This document shows positions 1-7,690 of a DNA stretch of 64,000 nt, piece after piece. Position numbers and translations under genes: made by a program. Each line of letters begins with the position of its first letter. The stretch's first letter is position 1. Source of the stretch: a virus; the IMG/VR virus record IMGVR_UViG_3300027733_000001. The stretch is one strand, 5' to 3'. The notes beneath the pieces were generated by a model. It was given only the letters and a program-made list of their open reading frames with translations, was not told where the DNA came from and searched no databases.

Positions 1-783
1 TATCTGAACTACTTGCGCCTAGAACTACACAAGCAGGCACAAGAGCTTGGAGAAGACTGCCCATACAGCAAAGAAAGAATCGACGAGATCACCAGCAGTG
101 CCGAGAGCTTCGAGAAGGCTGCACAGGAAGAGGCTCAGTGTGTCTGGGCAGGAATCGAAGACGTCTTGCGCAAAGAGGGAGCAGATCAAGACTTCATTGA
201 CGGATTCAAGAAAGAAGCTTTCGTAGGAGCTATGCTCAGGGGGGCAGGAAAACTAATTCCTGCCGCAGGCAAAGCAATAGGAAGAGGACTAGGTAAGGTA
301 GGCCCTGCACTAGGAAGAGGTCTAGAGCACGGCATGTATGGTTCTATGGTAGGAAGCTTGATTCCAGGAGTAGGAACCACTGTAGGCGGGCTTGCTGGAC
401 TAGCTGGAGGAACTCTAGGATATGGCAAAGCAGGTCTGCTTGCCGGAGGAGCGCTAGCTGGAGGAGCTATGCTAGGAAGAGGAGCTTTTGGAGATTCAGG
501 AAAAGACACTACAGGACTAGAAGCATCCAGAAACAGAGCTCTTCCTTTCGCATCAAACAAAACTACTGGGGCAGTAGGAGGAGCATTGCTGGGTTCGCTG
601 CTTGCCAACGAAATGGGTGTGAGCGGTGCAGGTGCATGGATGATGCCTGTGCTTGGAGGTCTTGCAGGCTATCATCATCTTCCTAACCTGATGGACAAAT
701 GGAAAGATCCATATGGCTATGGTGTGAACGCTATAGGTGCTGGTGCAGCAGGTATGAACAGAGCAATGCCACTAACAGAATAA
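1..783 (+). CDS. Gly-rich putative virion-internal protein with K-x-A motifs (5' truncated by window edge)
   Basis: Frame is open from base 1 (YLNYLRLELHKQAQ). HKQA, EKAA and DFIDGFKKEA motifs are followed by GxxxG-rich hydrophobic stretches. Confidence 0.6.
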   Translation, partial: YLNYLRLELHKQAQELGEDCPYSKERIDEITSSAESFEKAAQEEAQCVWAGIEDVLRKEGADQDFIDGFKKEAFVGAMLRGAGKLIPAAGKAIGRGLGKVGPALGRGLEHGMYGSMVGSLIPGVGTTVGGLAGLAGGTLGYGKAGLLAGGALAGGAMLGRGAFGDSGKDTTGLEASRNRALPFASNKTTGAVGGALLGSLLANEMGVSGAGAWMMPVLGGLAGYHHLPNLMDKWKDPYGYGVNAIGAGAAGMNRAMPLTE

Positions 784-784
784 T

Positions 785-1597
785 ATGACTGAACTATACC
801 TTCCTGCATTCTATCTCGGAGTTTCAGAAGAACTAGCCAAGCAGGCAGGCATGCAGGTTGACAGCATGCCCTTGAACGAGAACATACTTCCTACTATCTC
901 AAAGCAGACCAAGTGGCGGTATGTTCGCACAAAAGACGGACTCAAGCTTACTGACGGAAACCTGGTATACAGCTTCGGAGGACTTCCTGAAGAGTTTCCT
1001 GCTGAAGACGCTAGAATCAGCAGACATGCCGACGACAACATTCTAAACTTCGACAAAGACGCTGTCTCTAAAGGCACAGCACAGATCCACAGGGCCAGCC
1101 CAGATAACATCTATATGACTCTGGCCAACGGCAGTCAAAACCCTACTTTCATGCTTCAGCACGAGGGAGGCAAAAACTGGAGATATTCTCCTGCTAAAAA
1201 GTTTGTGCAAAAATTAAAAGCTCTTCAGGAAAAAACTCCTCTTCCAGAAGAGCCAGTGAGTGTAGATCCTACTGCCCTGATCGAAGGAGCTCAGGACACA
1301 GTCAAGCAGGCCTCTATGCTGAGTCTTCCTGGTCTAGGAGCAGGAATGCTTACAGCAGACACTGCAGCGCTAGGACTCAACAACATCGGTCAAAACCTAC
1401 TGCAGGCAGGTCAATGGATGGGAAAGCATCCTGTAGCTAGCGGGCTAGGTATGTATGGACTGGCTAGAACGGCTGTTCCTAGCTTTAGGAAAAACATACT
1501 CTCTCATCCTGAGCAATATTATAGAACTAGAGATACTCTGCTGCCTATAGCTGCTGCTGCAGTTCCTGCTACTCTAGCGTCTGCAATCATGAAATAA
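785..1597 (+). CDS. hypothetical protein with K-x-A motifs (LAKQA, VKQA), putative virion-internal
   Basis: 270-aa ORF starting 1 nt after the previous stop; hydrophobic Gly/Ala tail after the second KQA. Confidence 0.55.
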   Translation: MTELYLPAFYLGVSEELAKQAGMQVDSMPLNENILPTISKQTKWRYVRTKDGLKLTDGNLVYSFGGLPEEFPAEDARISRHADDNILNFDKDAVSKGTAQIHRASPDNIYMTLANGSQNPTFMLQHEGGKNWRYSPAKKFVQKLKALQEKTPLPEEPVSVDPTALIEGAQDTVKQASMLSLPGLGAGMLTADTAALGLNNIGQNLLQAGQWMGKHPVASGLGMYGLARTAVPSFRKNILSHPEQYYRTRDTLLPIAAAAVPATLASAIMK

Positions 1598-1598
1598 T

Positions 1599-2000
1599 AT
1601 GGATCAAGGAATGCTCACATCTCTACCTATCGCTGCCTATTCGCGCAGAGGTATGAACATGTATGACCCTAGAATAAGTCTGCATGAGCAAAACGTACTA
1701 GATGAGCATACCAACATATTGCATAACCTGGTGCAAAAAGATCATGGGCTGGACAAACATCAAAAGCATCATCTGACCACAATGCTCAACAGTCCAGAGT
1801 ATGTAGAGCATCTTTTGGCTGGAGGCACAGGCACAATGCTCATGCACTCTATCCATCACTATTCAAAGCTTCCCCGCCCAGTACAGACACTATTGAGCTT
1901 GGCTGGTTTTGGAATAGGTAATATAATCTATAATGAATTTCACGAAGACAGATTTTCAGAGCATCATCCTCATTCAGGCAAATCTAGAATAAAGTATTAA
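1599..2000 (+). CDS. hypothetical His-rich protein
   Basis: 133-aa ORF packed with 1-nt gaps on both sides. Confidence 0.6.
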   Translation: MDQGMLTSLPIAAYSRRGMNMYDPRISLHEQNVLDEHTNILHNLVQKDHGLDKHQKHHLTTMLNSPEYVEHLLAGGTGTMLMHSIHHYSKLPRPVQTLLSLAGFGIGNIIYNEFHEDRFSEHHPHSGKSRIKY

Positions 2001-2001
2001 T

Positions 2002-2373
2002 ATGGAACTTTCAAAATGTGCACAAGCTATTAAAGACGAGCTGATCCTCGAGCTGCAAAAAGCCGGATCTTCTCTTCGGGAATTCGAGGAGGGACTAGCC
2101 AACATCAACACTGGAGAAGGAGTATACAAGATTGCCAAAGACGGAGGCAGTATATTGAACTCCTATCTAGACAAAGGAATGGGTATGGCCGGAAGCATAC
2201 CTGAAGTAGCACTCAAAGGTTCTCTGGCTGGCGGGGCACTGGCAGGACTTACACTGGATGAAGCAGACAAATCTGTAGACGTACTCAACAAATCTCTTGA
2301 TAGAGAAAGGGAGAAGGTTAACCTTGTTCGCAGGATTACCAACAACCTAAGAAGAGAACATGGACTTATTTAA
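2002..2373 (+). CDS. hypothetical protein with Gly-rich helix and C-terminal coiled coil
   Basis: 123-aa ORF in the operon; GSLAGGALAG stretch; YKIA motif. Confidence 0.6.
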   Translation: MELSKCAQAIKDELILELQKAGSSLREFEEGLANINTGEGVYKIAKDGGSILNSYLDKGMGMAGSIPEVALKGSLAGGALAGLTLDEADKSVDVLNKSLDREREKVNLVRRITNNLRREHGLI

Positions 2374-2758
2374 TTCAGACAGAGACGTTAAAGCTACCGA
2401 GCACTTTGATTTTGGCGCCAGCGCCAACGATCTTTTGATTACCGGCAGCAAAAAACGCAACGTACGCAGCGAGATCACCAACAAGGGTTTTGATCCTGAA
2501 GTGGTAATCGATGCGTTTGAGCAGGCCAAAGGTATCAAGCGCAGACCCAAAGTCTCAGACCTGTCAGACTACACATTCAAAAACATCGTCCTAGATCCTG
2601 AGAAACAGATGGATCAAGACATGCTGAACGAGCTCATGAACAACAAAAAGTACATGATTGCTCTATGGAAAGATACATGGACACAACACGGCAACTTCAG
2701 AGTGTTTGTGGTCTACGGTACGAAGAAAGAAAAAGAAGAAAGTAATCAACCAAAATAA
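2360..2758 (+). CDS. hypothetical protein
   Basis: 132-aa ORF overlapping the previous stop by 14 nt. Confidence 0.6.
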   Translation: MDLFNSDRDVKATEHFDFGASANDLLITGSKKRNVRSEITNKGFDPEVVIDAFEQAKGIKRRPKVSDLSDYTFKNIVLDPEKQMDQDMLNELMNNKKYMIALWKDTWTQHGNFRVFVVYGTKKEKEESNQPK

Positions 2759-2762
2759 CGCA

Positions 2763-3863
2763 ATGAGCTATAGCCTAACCAAAAAAGCAGCCACCCCTAT
2801 TCCACTGTCTCCAGACGAGCAGTATGAAGCCTCTCAGCTTTTCGGTAAAAGCTTGTTCAGCGCTCTGCAGCTTGTGAGAGAGCAGCAGAGAAGAAAAAAC
2901 ATGTTGATGAGTGGCGCAGAGGGACAGGGAGGAGACGATAAGGTTTTGAGAATTCCTATTCCTGAGCATATGATGCCTAGCAGCAAAACAGCTCAGGACG
3001 AGGATGCTCCTTACACTACTTTGCAGGATCCATATGAACCTGTAAAAAATCCAGGCATACTTGCACACATCAAAAGAAATCTAGGCAAGTACATCGGCAG
3101 TTATGGTGGCGCACTAATCGGCGGAGGACTAGGCGCTAGAAAGGTTATGAAAAATAATCCTGCTGCAGGTGTGATCGAGGCTTTGAAAGGTGCTGGTAGG
3201 TCTGGAGTTAGAGGAGGTGTAGTAGGAACGATAGCCGGATCTATGATGGATGATGCGGTTAAAGACAGCTATCGCGAAGATCTAGTGAATGCGCAGAGAC
3301 AGCATGACATGATGCAGAACATGTACGGCTATAAGCAAGGTAGCGAAACTGACGAACCTGCTCCAGGACTTCTAGGTAGAGCTTTCAAAGCGCAGCAGAA
3401 TCCTATTCGCTTGCTTGTAGGCGGGCAGTCAGGATTCAGAGACGCTAAGCAAGACTATTATATGCGTCAACGTCACCTAATCAATCAAGAGCTAGAGAAT
3501 GCTCAGCGTGAGTATGTAGATCTACTCGGCAAGATCAAGAAGGGCTCGGACGATAGTGAAGAAACACCATATACGGACGCTTTTTGTAACGGTATCGCAT
3601 ATGCTACACTTTTCGGTAAAGAAGCTGAGGCTGAAGATGTGGATATTTCCGACGGTTCCATGAAACGCTTGATGGGTGGTGTGCTTGATCAGGCCAAGAA
3701 ACCCTTTCAGCCTGTGGTAGACACCGCCGCTAGCGGGCTACTAGGTACAGGTACAGGTTCAGCATACCTTACATATCTGTTGAGGAAATCTATGCGCGAG
3801 GAACCAGACAGATACATGCAGGAAGGTCTTCCTACCCGCGTCGAACTTCAACCCTACACCTAG
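2763..3863 (+). CDS. K-x-A-motif, Gly-zipper putative virion-internal protein
   Basis: ATG at 2763 (in frame with the track ORF from 2658) follows the 2758 stop. Contains TKKA, SKTA, YKQG and GKEA motifs and GGALIGGGLG/GGVVGTIAG helices. Confidence 0.65.
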   Translation: MSYSLTKKAATPIPLSPDEQYEASQLFGKSLFSALQLVREQQRRKNMLMSGAEGQGGDDKVLRIPIPEHMMPSSKTAQDEDAPYTTLQDPYEPVKNPGILAHIKRNLGKYIGSYGGALIGGGLGARKVMKNNPAAGVIEALKGAGRSGVRGGVVGTIAGSMMDDAVKDSYREDLVNAQRQHDMMQNMYGYKQGSETDEPAPGLLGRAFKAQQNPIRLLVGGQSGFRDAKQDYYMRQRHLINQELENAQREYVDLLGKIKKGSDDSEETPYTDAFCNGIAYATLFGKEAEAEDVDISDGSMKRLMGGVLDQAKKPFQPVVDTAASGLLGTGTGSAYLTYLLRKSMREEPDRYMQEGLPTRVELQPYT

Positions 3864-3864
3864 C

Positions 3865-4653
3865 ATGAAACTAGATATAGACCAACTTAATAAGGGTATT
3901 GAGGCTGAAATGAGTAAGACATCGATGATGTCTGTAGGTATTCCCGCCGCCGCCAGAGCTGCAGCTCCTTCAATTGCTGGTACAGCTGGTAAAACAGTAG
4001 CCAAGTATGCTCCAGTTGTAGGTGGACTTGTACATGGAGGTCTCGCAGTCAATGATGCTATGAACGGAGACTGGACCGGCGCAGCAATGAATACCGGGTC
4101 AGGTATAGCCTCAGGCCTAGGACTTACACCATTATCTGTCGGCCTGGATGTTGCCAATGCTGGAAGATCGATGGTGGGTAGTGCAGGTAACTGGGCAGGT
4201 AACGCTATAGGTAACACTGTAGGTAAATATGCGCCGTTGGCTATGGCAGGCATAGCCGCTTTGGGCGGCGGCAACAAAGCGCGACAGTCTCCGATGTATG
4301 CTCTACCGTATAATGGTCCCAGACCTCAGTCTATTATAAATCCGTCCTCAGACCCTCACTCTCTCGCAGCACCGCAAATGTTCCAGGAAAGTCTTGCAGG
4401 TACTCCACAACCATATCAAGGAAAGCTGGCTTCTTATGTAGAGAAAACATCCGGGGTCATGGATGCATTTGCCGGCGCGGCTGCCCGTAAAGCTGTCGAT
4501 AATGTTTTCAATGCAGCTGTTACGCCTGAGCAACCTGCTCCAGCAGAGCACAAAGAAAAAGAGCTCGAGATTACTTCACAGTACCCTGAGATTGCAGAGC
4601 TTCTTAAAGACGAGCAGAACAAAGCCTACCTCCAAAAGCTTTTAAACACATAA
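3865..4653 (+). CDS. Gly/Ala-rich putative virion-internal protein
   Basis: 262 aa; SKTS and EKTS motifs; amphipathic APVVGGLVHGG...GDWTGAA segment. Confidence 0.6.
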   Translation: MKLDIDQLNKGIEAEMSKTSMMSVGIPAAARAAAPSIAGTAGKTVAKYAPVVGGLVHGGLAVNDAMNGDWTGAAMNTGSGIASGLGLTPLSVGLDVANAGRSMVGSAGNWAGNAIGNTVGKYAPLAMAGIAALGGGNKARQSPMYALPYNGPRPQSIINPSSDPHSLAAPQMFQESLAGTPQPYQGKLASYVEKTSGVMDAFAGAAARKAVDNVFNAAVTPEQPAPAEHKEKELEITSQYPEIAELLKDEQNKAYLQKLLNT

Positions 4654-4661
4654 ATCTTTGC

Positions 4662-4690
4662 TTGCTTTGCTAGCGGTAGACTATTAGGGT
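4662..4690 (+). promoter_or_regulatory. sigma70-like promoter
   Basis: TTGCTT-N17-TAGGGT in the intergenic gap just before the ATG at 4701. Confidence 0.45.
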
Positions 4691-4700
4691 AGGACTAATT

Positions 4701-4931
4701 ATGTCAGCCGCAAATAAACAAATTTACATCCCTGAGATCAGTATCAAAGGCTCATTCATGGAAGAAATTGGTAGCGTTGAAGATAAAGTTATGTATCCAG
4801 GCCCTACGTTTGACATTTCTTTATCTGCAGACGACTTTGCAAATGCAGAGGAATATCATACCACATGGATCAACATCACTAGAGCCGTAAAAACTAAACT
4901 CAACAAGAATGCATCAGTCCGAGCCTCCTAA
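4701..4931 (+). CDS. small hypothetical protein
   Basis: 76-aa ORF after the promoter, overlapping the next gene. Confidence 0.55.
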   Translation: MSAANKQIYIPEISIKGSFMEEIGSVEDKVMYPGPTFDISLSADDFANAEEYHTTWINITRAVKTKLNKNASVRAS

Positions 4932-5574
4932 AAATACTCGCGCGTTTTTCGATCCTGAAAAACTGCGGCACATGCTATTCAATACGGCTGTCGATTCTTT
5001 CGGTAAGAAGATCAATTCGATCGAGACTCAGGACTATAAACTCAGTGTCAAAAACCTGAAGATGGACATCCCTCATGTCACATCTACAATGCAAAAAAAG
5101 CTGGTGCTTGAGAAGAAGGATTTGACTGCTCCACTGAAAGGTACAGTAGAGCTAATACACAAGGCTTCAGGTAAAGTAGTTGAATCTAAACACACTACGA
5201 TAGCTCACATTCCGTATGTTACTAATCATAATACTGTTATCTATAATGGTTCTGAATATGAGGCAGTAAATCAGCAGCGGCTTTTACCTGGCATCTATTC
5301 AAGAATTCGTCAAGACGGTATACCTGAAGCGCACATCAATCCTGAAGCACGTACAGGGCAGTCGGGCAGAATTCTTTTCTTACCTGACAAGCAACTTTTT
5401 GTACTAATGGTGCGTAACTCTCAGGTTCGATTATATGGCATCCTTAGGGATATGGGTATAACTGATGCCGCATTAAAAGACGCGTGGGGTGAGCAGATAC
5501 TGAACGCTAATCGGACACAATACAAGGGAGACGAGATCGACAAACTTTACACAATCCTAATTGGCGATGAATGA
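4909..5574 (+). CDS. rpoB: DNA-directed RNA polymerase beta subunit, N-terminal fragment
   Basis: IAHIPYVTNHNTVIYNGSEYEAVNQQRLLPGIYSR matches the RpoB motif [33 protein letters not shown]. Only 221 aa, with a clean stop. Confidence 0.75.
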   Translation: MHQSEPPKNTRAFFDPEKLRHMLFNTAVDSFGKKINSIETQDYKLSVKNLKMDIPHVTSTMQKKLVLEKKDLTAPLKGTVELIHKASGKVVESKHTTIAHIPYVTNHNTVIYNGSEYEAVNQQRLLPGIYSRIRQDGIPEAHINPEARTGQSGRILFLPDKQLFVLMVRNSQVRLYGILRDMGITDAALKDAWGEQILNANRTQYKGDEIDKLYTILIGDE

Positions 5575-5971
5575 GATCATTATAGATAACGATGACGCCC
5601 CTCACACATATGTGAAGGAGAGCACAGTTGAGGGCTATGGGCTTTTTGCTGCAAAAGACTTTATCAAGCATGAGCTAGTCATTGACTACAGGCTTTTTCC
5701 TAGAGACTGGAAGAAAAAATTGTTCACAGAACTCTCAGAAGAGCAAATTAGAAAAAACTGGTACGTGATGCTGAGCGATGAGGAATGTATCGCTAGCGAT
5801 AAATGGAGCAAATTCAGCTATATCAATCACTCCAGAGAACCAAACTGTGCTTGGGTGCTGAGCATTCACAAAATTATCGCTAACAGGGACATAAAGAAAG
5901 ATGAAGAGCTATTTATTGACTATCGGCTTGAGCCCAGACCAAACAGAGTATGTTACCCAGAATGGATTTGA
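5567..5971 (+). CDS. SET-domain protein (putative lysine methyltransferase)
   Basis: S-x-x-x-GYGLFA, YINHSREPN and EELFIDY are the canonical SET signatures. The ATG at 5567 overlaps the upstream stop. Confidence 0.85.
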   Translation: MNEIIIDNDDAPHTYVKESTVEGYGLFAAKDFIKHELVIDYRLFPRDWKKKLFTELSEEQIRKNWYVMLSDEECIASDKWSKFSYINHSREPNCAWVLSIHKIIANRDIKKDEELFIDYRLEPRPNRVCYPEWI

Positions 5972-6112
5972 CGCTTGCCTTGTCTGGGACTTTATGCGAT
6001 TATTAGCCTAGCAATGGAGTAGATCAGCGATCCTCTGGAGACTTACTAAAAAGTCTCTGTTGCATCCCAGGCTTTCCTTGTAACTTAGTAAACAACAAAA
6101 CAAAACAAAAGT

Positions 6113-6784
6113 ATGCCTACAGCAGTAACTACAAAATACGTCAAGAAAATGTCCGCATCCTCTTCCGATGTTGCAGGACTCAAAAGCACTCGCTATGAAA
6201 AGCTTCAGGTGAGCTACGGCTCAATCGAAAGAGGCTTTTCGGGAACAGGCTCTATCGCAGGCACCGTTCTCACGGTAGCCACAGTCACATCAGGGTCCAT
6301 CCAGATCGGCACGGTAATCTCCGGCACAAACGTCACACCTACTACCCGTGTCGTTTCTTTTGGAACAGGCACCGGTGGAGCTGGAACCTATAACATCGTG
6401 ACTGCCGATACCCAGACTGCTGCCCTCGGTAATATTTTCGGCACCTCCTATGCTTTCGGAGACACACTTGTGTTTTCTGAAGTGCCCAGCCAAGACATCG
6501 TCAGGGCTACTATCGTCGCCCATGCTGGTGCCGCTGGTCCTGCCGTGCTCGATATCTACCCTGGTTCAGATAACTCTGGAACATTCACATTGGGGCTGAC
6601 TGACGCCACTGGAGCGAACACTACTCCTCCGAAGATCAGCTATATCATTGAATATGTGCGTGGTACAGGTAGAGTAGGTCCCAGTACCTATGAGTCTGGT
6701 GAAGGTGAACTCCTCAAAGTGATCATCGCCAATACTGGCGGCGGCGCTTCAGACGCTATCGCTGAAGAGCAGGTTTCTGCATAA
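6113..6784 (+). CDS. putative structural/decoration protein with Thr/Gly beta module
   Basis: GSIAGTVLTVATVTSGSIQIG...GTGGAGTY module typical of phage fibre proteins; long A/C-rich leader; own terminator. Confidence 0.55.
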   Translation: MPTAVTTKYVKKMSASSSDVAGLKSTRYEKLQVSYGSIERGFSGTGSIAGTVLTVATVTSGSIQIGTVISGTNVTPTTRVVSFGTGTGGAGTYNIVTADTQTAALGNIFGTSYAFGDTLVFSEVPSQDIVRATIVAHAGAAGPAVLDIYPGSDNSGTFTLGLTDATGANTTPPKISYIIEYVRGTGRVGPSTYESGEGELLKVIIANTGGGASDAIAEEQVSA

Positions 6785-6805
6785 TTAGTGGTTAGTTTAA
6801 AAATC

Positions 6806-6840
6806 GAGACGCATCCTTAACCGGGTGCGTCTCTTTTTTT
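6806..6840 (+). terminator. intrinsic terminator
   Basis: GAGACGCATCC-ttaacc-GGGTGCGTCTC stem followed by T7. Confidence 0.85.
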
Positions 6841-6851
6841 GCAAAAATTCG

Positions 6852-6881
6852 TTGCACCTTATCTTGGTTGCAGCGTATATT
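6852..6881 (+). promoter_or_regulatory. sigma70-like promoter
   Basis: TTGCAC-N18-TATATT between the terminator and the ATG at 6922. Confidence 0.5.
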
Positions 6882-6921
6882 GGATACCTGACGCCAACAA
6901 GCGTCTTTAGAAACCCTATAT

Positions 6922-7089
6922 ATGTCTGAGCAAGAACCATCTAAAGAAGAAAAGATCTACAACCTGGTGATCGAACTTGAGATTGCCAAACGCAACAAGC
7001 GTGACGTTGTAAAAGCACACAACGAAGAAGTGAAACGGATTCAAGCCGAGATCAAAGAACTTTTAACCGACAACCAAGAACTAAACTAA
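6922..7089 (+). CDS. small coiled-coil protein (55 aa, below the ORF-track cut-off)
   Basis: ATG at 6922, MSEQEPSKEEKIYNLVIELEIAKRNKRDVVKAHNEEVKRIQAEIKELLTDNQELN, TAA at 7087-7089, 1 nt before the next ATG. Confidence 0.7.
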   Translation: MSEQEPSKEEKIYNLVIELEIAKRNKRDVVKAHNEEVKRIQAEIKELLTDNQELN

Positions 7090-7090
7090 T

Positions 7091-7348
7091 ATGAGTAACC
7101 GAGTAGAACTACCTATTGTGACAGAAACTGCCCCGGAGAATACGCATGTATCTTTGCTGCTCATTGCGGACGGATTGCGTCAGGCTGAGCAAAATCTGAA
7201 AGAGCAGGAAGAGAATGTAAGGAAATTGTCAGAACAGCTCAATCAGCTGCAGCAGCTACGTGTTGCTACTACTGCACAAAGAAACCTATTATCTGATCTT
7301 CAAAACAAAATTATAGAGCTGTCAAACACGCAGCCTCCTACTAAATAG
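7091..7348 (+). CDS. small coiled-coil protein
   Basis: 85 aa; heptad-like L/Q/E pattern. Confidence 0.65.
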   Translation: MSNRVELPIVTETAPENTHVSLLLIADGLRQAEQNLKEQEENVRKLSEQLNQLQQLRVATTAQRNLLSDLQNKIIELSNTQPPTK

Positions 7349-7351
7349 CTT

Positions 7352-7690
7352 ATGTTTACGATTGTCGCTGTAGCTTTCATCGTAGGTTATCTTATGCTCT
7401 TATGGCTCAAGACAGATGCCTTTGCAGAGTATATGAACCTTTTAAGGTTGAATGATTGGTTGCACCTGGATGAGTACAATCAACTTCATCGTGAAGGCTA
7501 CAGCGGCAACTATCCTGATTTTTTGTACGAATACTACAAGGATAAGTTTTTTGTAAGATTGGTTACCTGTCCCATGTGCTTAAGTTTCTGGACAGGCATT
7601 ATCTCAGCACTATACATAGACTCATTCAGTGGGTTGCTGTGCGCTCCTTTGATCTTGTTTTCTTACTTGTTATTTAATAAGATGCTTTAA
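7352..7690 (+). CDS. small membrane protein, DUF1360-like
   Basis: Hydrophobic N- and C-terminal segments with a LVTCPMCLSFW motif. Confidence 0.5.
   Translation: MFTIVAVAFIVGYLMLLWLKTDAFAEYMNLLRLNDWLHLDEYNQLHREGYSGNYPDFLYEYYKDKFFVRLVTCPMCLSFWTGIISALYIDSFSGLLCAPLILFSYLLFNKML

Noticed and set aside
2658-2762. Longer start for the 2763-3863 gene
   Set aside because: It overlaps the upstream gene by 100 nt; ATG 2763 fits the tight-packing pattern.
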